Source: Lama guanicoe
Taxonomy: Eukaryota
Assembly (NCBI GenBank): GCA_013239625.1
Contig: MU054120.1
Coordinates: 558,001 to 622,000, forward strand
Length of the DNA stretch: 64,000 nucleotides
Reading direction: 5' to 3'
The notes under the pieces were generated by a model that saw only the letters and a list, made by a program, of their open reading frames with translations, made no database searches and had not been told where the DNA came from. Below are positions 26,800-37,806 of this stretch, one piece after another (the first letter of the stretch is position 1; each line of letters opens with the position of its first letter). A program made the position numbers and the translations under genes.

Positions 26800-26920
26800 T
26801 TTGCCGCCGCCGCCGCCCATCCCGCCTGGGGGCGGGGTGGGGTGATGACGTCATCGCCCTGCCTTCATAGCTGCCGCCGGCAACGCTTCTGATGCCCAAA
26901 GCTCTCCATACCTGGTAAGC
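26800..26920 (+). promoter_or_regulatory. Putative compact promoter: (GCC)n, GC boxes, full palindromic CRE, X-box-like motif, downstream splice donor
   Basis: GGGGCGGGG 26829-26837; TGACGTCA 26846-26853; GCTGCC-GCC-GGCAAC 26870-26884; CTG|GTAAGC donor with GT at 26915-26916; locally CpG-rich in a CpG-depleted window. Confidence 0.55.
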
Positions 26921-29721
26921 ACTGGATGGAGAAGAACTTGAGTGACGGGCATCAGGCTATACTCAAATTCGCCCTCCAACAGGAATCTACTGCTTTTGAA
27001 CCAGACTAGTGCACTTTTACTTGTGAACTATACGTTTTCTTGGTTTTCATATAAACAGGGCCCTGGAATGGTCAACCTGCAAAAATGCCAGACATGTCGA
27101 AGTATTCTTCAAAGCTAGGCTGCACACAGAAGAAAATCCAACTGGGATTTTTGATAAACAGCACTCGACTAATTGCTAACATGGAACACTAGAGCAGTCT
27201 GGGGCAAAGGCTGAAATGATCCACTTTTTTCAGAGCACTTAATGATGCAGTGTTCCTTATCTGCATTAGTAGCTAAGTTTCCGTCTGTGATTATCTAATA
27301 GTGGAGAATAAAAACGGGGAAAGAAAGTTATTTTCTGAGAAATATTTTCATTTTTCTTCCCTTTGAAAAACAGAATTGAAAGTCCCACTAATGTCAGAAT
27401 TCCAATGGGTTGTCTGTCTCAAAGACAGATAATGAATCAAAGATAGAACTGTACCAGTCAATATGGTCTAGGCAAAAAAAATCTGATTTAATAAAGATAA
27501 CAATGAGAGCATACAGAAATTAGATTTTCTCTTCTGCTTGCGTCTTAGGAAGAAATGACCCAATGAGAAACAATCTTCCTACAAGTGAAGGGACAGGCAA
27601 AGTCTGAGAACTTGGAGAATAGGGACTAGGAAAAGTCTGACTCTGCCCTGATTAACAGAAGAGGACGTGGGTTGTGGTTGGAAAGTACTGTCAAGTCAGA
27701 AACCTGGAAACAGACAGGAACTGCTACCTTTGGTCATCGAACCATCTTGTATAAATAACCAACCCGGCCTCAGCTCCAACATCTGCTAGTTTCAGGGCAA
27801 GAGCTAGCCACCAAAACTGAGTCACGGTCTAGGAGGTTGTACTAACACAATGCTAGCCAAAGACTACATACATAACAAAAATACCTACAAAGTGTTTATT
27901 CCCATGACATGGGGGAGAGATGAACAGAAGGGATAGCAGACACGGCATCTCCTCCTTCTTTGCCTACAGAATAAAATAAATGGGCCTCATTTGTTTGCTG
28001 TTGTTTGTTCTAGGCACCAGATAAGGTGTGAGCTAGTAGAAACTGAAAAAGCCTTTTCATGAAATTTCAAGCTAGTACAGAGCCGCACTCTGCCAAACTG
28101 TCTCTTTCCAGGTCCTCCCAAAGTCCTAAGGATGTCTTCAAGCATTCTAGGGGCAGGGACCATGCTCGTAAAGAAATTTTCAATGGCATAATTTTTTAAT
28201 GTTTCTTTGCTGTGTAAGAACATTTGTCTACAAATAGAAAAAGAATCTATTTAAACTTCCCATGATAGCTTTTTTAAATGACCCAAATCTTCTATATCAT
28301 CCCCAAGAGTTCCCGGTTTTCTAAAGCAAGTGGTGTTTTTAGTTAAATGTTTAATGTTTGCTGCAATGACCATATCAGTTAATGATATTTTTATGATGCA
28401 ATACAGTTGTGAAGTTTACATGCCATATAAACAGTTTATAGTATGTTGGGGCCTGTTGTAAAAATCAATGAATATAATTTATTGCATCTTAGAGGGTTTT
28501 CATACGGTGTGTTTCTGCCGTGGTGTTACATCGACTGATGAGGAGATCAGCGTTCTGGTCCCAGATTTGCTCCTGGACACAAGAAATACACCTGGAAAGC
28601 CATGTAACTCTTTGGAGGCTCACTTTGCCATCTGTAAAATGAGGGGTTGCATTTAAGAGTCCCTTTTGATTCGAAATGATTCTCTGGCTTAGATCAAAAT
28701 GTTTACGTCTTGAATTTTAACTTTACATCACTGCCAAATGCTATAGTTATTTTCTGCTTTCTGCACCTATTAGAGAAATGAGTTGACAGTCCGTGTGCCA
28801 GGAGGTAGCCCAGATGGGCCTTTATGTAAAATGTTAACTAGGTCGCACAGCCCTGCCATTTTAGTGGTCGCCTCCCTTCCAAGATGAAGAAATGCACTCT
28901 CGGGGAGTAGATCTCCTCACGTGTCTATTGCACAGCTAAGATTTGCAAAGACAACTGCTTAATTTCTAAGTCCTTGTGGCTCCTAATAGAACAGTCTTTT
29001 ATTAATCCCATCTGTGACTTATTTGTGTCCAAATGTTAAATCTGAATGCAATCCTCCATTGCATCATTGGGTCTGTGTAAAAATACTAAAACTTTATGAC
29101 CATACACTTTATAACACATACATACACTTCACAACACAGCTCCAGAGAAAGTGTTTGCATAAAAGCAGCAAGTGGGTGTCAGAGCCAACATCTGGGGTGA
29201 TGTGTCACTAGGAATGTAAACAGAAAGTGGATGCTATTCACAGTGATTAAAAAAAAAGTACATTTCCATAGCTAACTGGAATTCAACATCAAGAACTGCC
29301 CATAGGTATATAATAGGATAAAATTTTGAAATATGAATTTGCGTGTTCTTTCTTTCATATATATACCTTAAACCTACCTTTAAGAAGTCAGAAGCATCCC
29401 TGTGGTCCTGACAAAAAAGTATTACTGGACAAAGAGAGAGAAACCATTGATGTTTAGTGTTTTAAAATATAAACTATGTTGTTTAGAATGAAAAGGGAAA
29501 ATCATGTAGTTAATGGAACATAGAAACTTGGCGGGGGATCCCTGTTGACAGTCCCTGCCCTGCACTAAGCAAATGACAGTGGGTACCTGATATCCTTTCC
29601 CCTTTGAGCTGAAGCACAAGGTGGGGTGACAGGGAGGAGGGGGCCAGAGAAAGGAACCCTTTAAATTTGTGTATGAAGCTTAGGCTCCTCCCCATGTGGC
29701 CCATTCATAAAACCAACCATA

Positions 29722-30023
29722 ATCAAAACAGCAAAAGCTTTGACAGAAGGTTGCAGGTTGCAGGTTGATTTCTCTGTAATGCACAAGCAAAGAGCACTGC
29801 AGAGGCTCTGTAAGCTAAACTACAGTCCACGAGAGGGGGATGGGATGTGCACTCCAAACCTAAATTCATCAAAACAGCAAAAGCTTTGACAGAAGGTTGC
29901 AGGTTGCAGGTTGCAGGTTGATTTCTCTGTAATGCACAAGCAAAGAGCACTGCAGAGGCTCTGTAAGCTAAACTACAGTCCACGAGAGGGGGATGGGATG
30001 TGCACTCCAAACCTAAATTCATC
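29722..30023 (+). repeat. Direct tandem duplication, 146-bp and 153-bp units
   Basis: 29722-29867 equals 29868-30020 except for one extra AGGTTGC heptamer; ATC at all three boundaries. Confidence 0.95.
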
Positions 30024-30049
30024 TGCCAGCTCCGATGAAGGATGTAACT

Positions 30050-31430
30050 AGTAACCAGAGGTACAGAACATAATACTCAATATATTCAAGACACAATCTA
30101 AAATGATTCAGCATGGCAAGAACCAGGAAAATCTCAGGTCAGATGAGAAAGCACAGGAGATGACAATGCTAAGAAAACAGATATTAGAATTCTCTGTCAA
30201 GAACTTTAAAGCAGACATTATAGAAATGCTCTCATAAGCAATCATGAATACTCTTGAAATCAATGAGACACTTGTCTCAGCAAAGAAATAGAAGATAAAA
30301 AAAGAACCGAATGGAGATTTTAGAAGTGAAAAATACAATAGTTGAAAATTTTTCATCTCATTAGATGAGCTCAGGAGTCCATATGCATGGAATATATAAA
30401 GATCTCAAAACATAAGCGTAAGAACACAGAAAACTAAAAAACAAACAAACAAAAAAAGGCAAAAACTTAATCAGGTACTTAACCAAACAGGATACAGAGA
30501 TAAGTACATGACAAACTGTCCAACATCATTAACCATTAATTAGATGCAACTCAAAACCACAATTCGAAATCACTTCACAGCTAGTAGAATTGCTGAGATG
30601 GAAAATGCTATCACAAGGGGGAAGACAAGGAGCAACTGGATCTCTCAGACATTGCATGTGGAATGGAAAATGGTACAAACACTTCAGAAAAGATTTCGGC
30701 AGTCTCTTACAAAGTTAAACACACACTCAGCATACGACTTAGCAATCCAACTTCTGATTATTTAACCTCGAGAAATAAGAGCTTATTTTCATGAATACAT
30801 GGATATTTATAACAGCTTTATTTGTAACAGTGAAAACTGGAAACAGCCCAATGGACTTTCATGCATGAGTGAATAAATAAACCATGTTCATTCTTTGAAT
30901 CAACTATTACTCAGCAATAAAAAGGAACATACTATTGATGCCTACTACAACTTGGATGAATTTCAAGGGAATTATGCTAAATGAAAAAAGCCAGTCTTAA
31001 AAGAATACATATGGGAGTAATTCCACTTATATAACCTTCTCAAAATAACTAAATTATAATGATGGAGAACAGATCAGTGGTTGTTAGAGCTTAGGTTTAC
31101 ATGGAGGGTGTGACTACAAACTGTAGCATGAAGGAGTTTCTTTGGGATGATGGGACATTTTTGATTCTCACGATGGTACTGGTTACTTAAATATGTATGT
31201 ATGATAAAATTTCACAGAGCCACACACACAAAAGACTGCTTGTTAAAAACTGATGAAATCTGAATATAGTCTGTAGTTAATAGTATTTTATGCTAATATT
31301 AATTTCCTGGTTTTGACGATGGTTGTATAATATGTTATCACTGGGGGAATCCAAGTGAAGGGTTAATGGGGAACTCTGGAATTTTTTTGCATCTTTCCTC
31401 TGAGCCTAATTATTTCAAAATATAATTTTA
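30050..31430 (+). mobile_element. Old L1 (L1MC-like): ORF1-proximal remnant joined to ORF2 end and 3' UTR
   Basis: aagaactttaaagcagacattatagaaatgctc (ORF1-like); aactattactcagcaataaaaaggaac…aaggaattatgctaaatgaaaaaagccagtc; L1MC-type tail tgttatcactgggggaa…gtgaagggt…taattatttcaaaata. Confidence 0.75.
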
Positions 31431-34399
31431 GAAAACGTCTAGTTCTAATAGGAATATACAGTGAGTTTGTGTCAGAGAATTATTAATCAATGACAAAACT
31501 AGCAAGATGACAAAGCTGGTTTAAGAGGCCATGAGAGATGTTTAAATAGTCAACAGAAGGATGGATGCTGAAATGAGATTACTAAAATAGAAACAAGACT
31601 GTTTAAAAGGCAGTAAAGCTATAATGTTTGGAGAGATATATACATACATATAGATATATACGTATTTATACATAATGTAAACATATATATTTGCATCTTT
31701 ACTAGGCAAAAATTAATTGTAATTTCTCATTTTCCAGGGCAACGTCTAATTTTACAGGCCCTAATCAATATACAGTGGTAAGTCAAAGAATGTTACAAGT
31801 CCCTAAGTAGTCAGATGGCTCCCAGGCAGACTGGTCAGACAACGCTCCAATCTGACATTGAAAAGACATACTGTTAATTTGGGGTCTTATTTCCAAGTTT
31901 GGAAATGTTTTTTCCTCTTTGCCTTCTGTGGGGGGAGATATGTCAGCGGGTCTCTATTCCTGATTCTACAGTTGTTGCTTGCTCTTTACCCATGGCTCTT
32001 CCAGAGAAGGTTAATCACTCTTGCCCCAGGTATACTGAGTGTCCCTGTAAATTGACAGACGCTACAGGAACAGCCATGGCACATGACACCAGGACGCTCA
32101 CTAACATCCCCTCCACCAAACAGGGGTATGTGTTCTTTGATTCCAAAAGAATCATAAAAAATGGCACTTCTGATCTCAGGTTTTGTGATAAAAAACTACT
32201 CTATCCAAAAGTCAGTTGTATTAGTAGAAGGTATTAAAATGCATAATGCACATCAGATTCTAGAGAGAAAATAAAAATGACCCCCCAATTTTACATCAGT
32301 GACTTTGGTTTATTGCTGTAACTTCTACAATAAAGAACCTCAGAGGGTTGAGAGACGGTCACCTACATTTGTTATTGATCGGGGTGAAGGTCGGCTGCAA
32401 AGTCTACTCAACGGAAAGACAACACTGGAATCACAGCAGAATCAGGCAACAAAAGCAGCTTGCAATGGGTACTTCAGATCCGATGCATTTCTAATTAAAC
32501 CACAGAATGAACAATTCCTTTTTTTTCCCTGTTAATTGTACAGTGTTTGATTTCTCTAGAGAAATTTAAGTCTGGTAAACAGTTTTCCCGAATGCTTTGC
32601 ATGAAGGTTCTAATGTATTGACACTGAAGGAATGATCCAATTATTATGTGATTAGTTGTGGGCTGCTATTGGTCTTAGACTGATTACATTGATGGTTTAT
32701 GGAGCAGAATCAGTATTTGGCCCAAATGTCTTCACCTCAACAGGGATCAGAACTACACTGATACAATATTGCAAGGAGAAGCACATGGAATAGGCACTCA
32801 GCTAATCCCCACTGTCACTCCGAGACATGCCGTTACTAAGCAACGGTAATTACAATTGCAGCCCGTGTACTGCTGTTGCCATGTTTAAAATTGATGAATA
32901 TTTTATTGTCAACACAAAAATGTAGAAATACCCTGCCTTTGTTGTGCAGACAAATCTTCAGTGTTTCAGCAACGGAGACAAATAAAATTTCCTCCCATGC
33001 AAATTTAATTACAATATGATACATGAGAAAGTGAGTGACATTTCATAAATTAGAAAGAATTAGAAATTCAAAAATGCTAATTTTTAATAAAGCCAATTAA
33101 CACACACTAGAATTAAATGCAATCTTTTGGCTTCATCAAATGATTTTTCCATTATTCTTTAGTGAAGCATTAAAATTCAAGATGTGAAGGAAAGAAAACA
33201 TTCAGGAAACACAAATTATGATGAGAAAAGAGTGGATTCAGGTTTTCCTGCAGGGGTAGAAAAAAATCCTCTTCACCTGCTACTTCTGAGGTGGCTGTCT
33301 GCGTTTTGTCAATGTCTTCTTCTATTTTATCTGTAATATCTTAGCTGGTTGGGAATCTAAATTCATCCTTTGATTACTTGTGTCATATGGTTCATTTAAT
33401 CATGGTAGAGATGGGGACCAATTAAAGGAAATAAATGGTCTAATATTAAGGGCCACAGAATAAGGAATGGTTCTACTGCTATCTAACAAATGACTTTTTT
33501 GATAAATCTTTAGAAAGAAGGTATTGTTGAAATCTAGTCACTGCATAGGATAGAAAATAAAGTCTTTCTTTCCTAAATTTGAGGTAGTCTTTTGCTACCC
33601 TACATAGGGTACAGAGATTTTTGTTTTTTCTTGCTTTCTTTGTCATTAAAATTCTTCTTTGCTTCTCTAGTTATTTAGAAGTTTGGGTTTAAAAAAAATT
33701 CTAAATGTAATTTTTCCTCTTTTATTATCATTTTTCATGATGGTTAGAGAATATTGCTGTATGATACTTTAAAGTTTGTTAAGACTTGTGTTACATATAC
33801 AGTAATTTGCAGAAATATCTGCTATATTCTTGAGAAAACTATGTTCGCTAATTATTGGGCAAAGGGTCCTATTTCTGTTTGTTAAAGCATTCTCATGAAT
33901 TGTATTGTTCAAATCTTTTTTTTCCCCTGCCTGATCTAAACAAACATGAGAGAACTTCAGACATACATCTGTCCTTATACATCTGTCAATTTTGTTTTAT
34001 TTTTATTTCATATTTTATTTGCATACCTAATAACTAGCCAAGTCAAGATTCATTACAGCTTCCTGGGAGTAGAAATGTTTACTACTAAGATGAAAGTATG
34101 AAGAACTGCAAGTATAAAAAGCGTACCCCAAGTTCTCGGAATAAGATCGATCCTGTCCAGGGAGGGTCTAAACTGAGAAAGGGTAAGAACTCTCCTTTCC
34201 AGACTTCCAAGAGGTCATGAAAAAGTCCCAAGAAATCAGACTAAGAATATTCTTCCCCAGGCCTCGATTCCTCTAAATACAAAAGTTCAGAGAGAACTCA
34301 GAGTGCCCAAAAGAAGTCTGTCCTGATCCCCAGCCTCCCACTAAGGCATCTGAGACTCCTTTCATTTCTGCTCCCTACAACGCACAGCCTAGCGTCCAC

Positions 34400-34615
34400 C
34401 ACCTGCCTTGTGACCACCATGTGCAATCCTAGTGGGCGTACACCCAGGTGTGCGACTGCAGGGCCACAGAGTCACGCTGTGCTCGATGTTCTGTGGAACT
34501 GAAGACTGCTTTCCAGAGTGGCTGAGAACCACCATGAGGACTTTAATTTTTTCATTGTCTGTCTTTTTGATTATAACCATCCTAGCAGGTATGAAGTGGA
34601 GCCACAATGTGGGAG
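34400..34615 (-). mobile_element. L1 ORF2 3' fragment
   Basis: gactgctttccagagtggctg…ttgtctgtctttttgattataaccatcctagcaggtatgaagtgg (antisense L1). Confidence 0.7.
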
Positions 34616-35379
34616 TCAAATATCTTTTAATATTTATTCTTAAAGGTGTTAATAAATTCATGAAAGTGTCACTTCTATTAAAGTCTTTGAATTTGTCCCC
34701 TATTTAATAAAGCTCGAATGACTATAGACATTTCCTGTGTATTCACATGTATATATATTTATATATTTTTATTTAGAGAGAGAAACACGTATGAACTATA
34801 AATATAAATTTTGTGAATTTCATGATTATCTTTTATGTGAAAAGATATATTGGGATATATTTATTTACTCCTCAGATTAATGAACCAAATACCAGCGTAA
34901 CATATTCTCTCAAGCTGATTTTCTATTTAAAAAAATCAAAATTTTAAGCACAGCCATATGTCCCAGCCCTGCTTACCAGCCTCTGATACATGATAACTGT
35001 TCAACAAATATTTTATGAAATAAACGAAAAAGCATATGGAGAACCAGAAAGGACAGAACACGAGCAGTGCCACACGAACAGAATCTGGAGTTGTCCTGCA
35101 CAGGGCACACTGTTCCACGGCAGTGTGACAGCTTATCAGTTTTTCCACTTGGAATACCCTCACTCTGCATTTTATCCTCAAGATATAGCAATCATAAATG
35201 CATGCAAAGAATATCTGTAAAAACTATTTTAAATTCTATTGTCCCTTATACTGACTATACTATTATTAGAGATAATGACAATTAATATTAGAAAAAATGG
35301 TGATCTGACAACTGAGACTATAGAACAGAGGGACTGTGAGGAGATAAATATGGACCAAAAGAAGAAAACAAGGTAAAAA

Positions 35380-36080
35380 CAGACACATCACCAGGATCTT
35401 AAACTACAGGTAATCAAACTCTGAAGGCAAAAAAAGAGGAAAACAACCTGCAAATATTGTCATATGAGCAGACAATGGATTAATTTTCTTAATATAAATA
35501 TTTTTGCAACTCATTGAAAAAAACAGGTACATAGCTCCTAAAATTAATTAAGAGATTAAGATCTCTTAAGATTAAGATTAATTTAAAGTTTGAGATCTTT
35601 TAAGATCAAGAGAATTCACAAGAACTTTCCTAGTATGATACACAAATGGATAAAAAACACTTTTCAACATTCAAACTTACTTCAAATTGATAAAATGTAA
35701 ATTAAAGCAGCAATCAAGTGAAATTTTTAGCTAATAACTGGAAAAAAGTTCTGGTAAGAACTTACATTCTGACAGTTCAAGTAAGAATGTAAAGAAATAG
35801 AAATTCTCCCTCACTGATGGTTGTAATGTAAATCAGCACAATTCTACAAGTATAAATTTCATTTAAAGATCTAATTAAGGAAATGTACAAATAATTAGGT
35901 TCAAAATTAATCAGTTAAGTATGCAATATAGAAGATTTACTGAGGAAACTGAAATTTACTGAGTACATTGTGTATTTAAATTATATTAACAAAGTATTTA
36001 AGTAGCAAGGAAACATGGTTATCATACGTCTTAAGTGAAAATAAGATTAAAACATCCTAATCCCATTTTGATAAAGTATA
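35380..36080 (+). mobile_element. Decayed old L1 3' region
   Basis: acctgcaaatattgtcatatg…ggattaattttcttaatataa; aaatagaaattctccctcactgatggttgtaatgtaaat; ttaagtgaaaataag. Confidence 0.5.
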
Positions 36081-36089
36081 TGTATTAGC

Positions 36090-36420
36090 AATTTATCAGT
36101 CAGTCCTGGCAGCTACTATGTTTCAGTAACAGCAACTCCAAAATCTTAGTGATCTGGCATAACTTACATATATTGCTTGCTCAAGCAAAGTCCGCTGTGG
36201 ACCTTGACAGTTCTCCAGGGCATAGGACCTCTGTGCCGTAACTCAGCACCCCAGGCTCGGTGATCTGCCTGAGGTCTCTTCCCCAGACTGATGCACAAGA
36301 GGTGGAAGAATCATAAGTGTTTCCCCGCCCCAACTCTAGAGTGACATTTCATTGGCTCCAAGAGGGTTGAAAAGTATAACCTCCATGCAGAAAGACAGCC
36401 ACAGTAATGTCTGCCACACA
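36090..36420 (-). mobile_element. MLT1-type (MaLR) LTR
   Basis: cagtaacagcaactccaaaatcttagtg…gtaactcagcaccccaggct…catttcattggc…taatgtctgccaca. Confidence 0.65.
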
Positions 36421-36879
36421 GTCCAATCCCAAACTGTAAAATTATATACTCTGTCCATCCATCCATGTAAACACATACAGGCGTATCTGGGAAAATACAC
36501 ACATACTAATTTTTAGTAACAGTGGGAATATAAAGTCCTTATAATCACAACCATAAAATGATTCCTGTGTGAATTATTCACGGATACTAGCATAATAAAA
36601 TTTATAATCTGCCAACATTCTCAAGAACTCAAGTCAATCCAACAATTTGGGAAGACATGGGAATGCTAATGGAGCATAACTGGTGCTGCTGGGCTCAGCT
36701 GCGCTCTGGAAGGTGGGGCTAAAGCACTGGTATCTGTTTTGGTTGGACTGCATAGTTGGAGCAAACCTGTGGGTGCCTTTCCGCTCCCCCGCCCCCCATC
36801 AGTGAACTCAGCATGCCAAGAGAGTCTCAAAAGCTTTGCCCAACAAAAGCATCAATGTTTCTCTCTGCCTCCTAGCCTG

Positions 36880-37155
36880 ACTACTTACTGAGCTGGAGTA
36901 AACATGTATATCGGGTTTATAGTTTCCTTAGCTCTTCCAATACATTATCTCATTTAATCCTCATAAGAACTTTGGGAGGTAGTCCTTAAACTTTATTTAA
37001 CTTGGAAATGAAATTGAATTAGTTTTGGAAAGTGCAGTTGGTTCCCCAAGACTAGATAATTTGTCCAATGTCATGATTAGTACGGGACAGTGTTAGAATT
37101 CAGGTTAGTTTCTCCTGACTCCACCATTACGCATTCTTTCCACCATACACTTCCT
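36880..37155 (-). mobile_element. MIR SINE
   Basis: cattatctcatttaatcctcataagaactttgggaggtag…atttgtccaatgtca…ctgactcca…ctttccaccatacac. Confidence 0.7.
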
Positions 37156-37202
37156 CCTGTCCAGAATTCTTTGAGTTACAGAGTACAGAAATATCTTCCT
37201 TT

Positions 37203-37806
37203 TGATGCAGGAAAACAGCTGTGGGGCGTGAGGAGGGCTGAGTCCTCCTGGGAGGTGCCCCACCAAGCGTGGGTCCTTGGCTTCACGCAGGAAAGAATTC
37301 AAGAGCGAGCCACAGTTGAGTGAAGGTAGATTTATTCAGAGAGATACACTGAAAGGCAAGAAAAAGGCCACGAGGTGTGGGGGTTGGGTGCTCAGATTAA
37401 AAGTAGGTACACACTCCACAGAGTGTGGGCTGTCTCCAATGAGAGAGAGAGGCAGCCAGGAGGCGCTGTGTTGCTTGTTTTTACGGGCTTTGTAGCTACA
37501 TAGTAAGTGGAAGGACCAGTCTAACTACCCTGGGGAAGGGGCAGGGGTTCCCAGGGAGTCGGCCATTTCCCACTCTTTGACCTTTTGTGGCTAGCCTTGG
37601 GACCGCCATGGTGCCTGTGGGCATGTTATTCACCATGTTAATATATTACAATGGACTTATGATGACGCTCAAGATCTGCTAGAAGTTAAATCTCTCATCA
37701 TCCTGAGCCTCAAGGCCCCCAGGGGGTTGAATCTTTCACCATTTTGATGTTAATTGCTGTGGCCTTCCTTGAATGGCTGTGCCCTGCCCCCTTCCATCCT
37801 GTCTCA
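37203..37806 (-). mobile_element. ERV1-class solo LTR (604 bp) with intact TG…CA ends and 4-bp TSD
   Basis: Starts TG (37203) and ends CA (37806); CTTT at 37199-37202 and 37807-37810; minus-strand AATAAA (tttatt 37331-37336) followed by ctcttgaattctttcctgcgtgaagccaag, typical of ERV1 LTR R/U5. Confidence 0.9.

Noticed and set aside
29723..30022. ORF with an internally repeated peptide
   Set aside because: Simply the translation of the tandem DNA duplication.
32059..32131. Possible small exon with ATG (MAHDTRTLTNIPSTKQG) ending at GG|GTATGT
   Set aside because: Weak acceptor, no recognisable protein and no compatible neighbouring exons identified.
35541..35612. Repeated TTAAGA/AGATCT motifs
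   Set aside because: Low-complexity slippage within a decayed L1; no regular repeat-spacer structure and not CRISPR-like.
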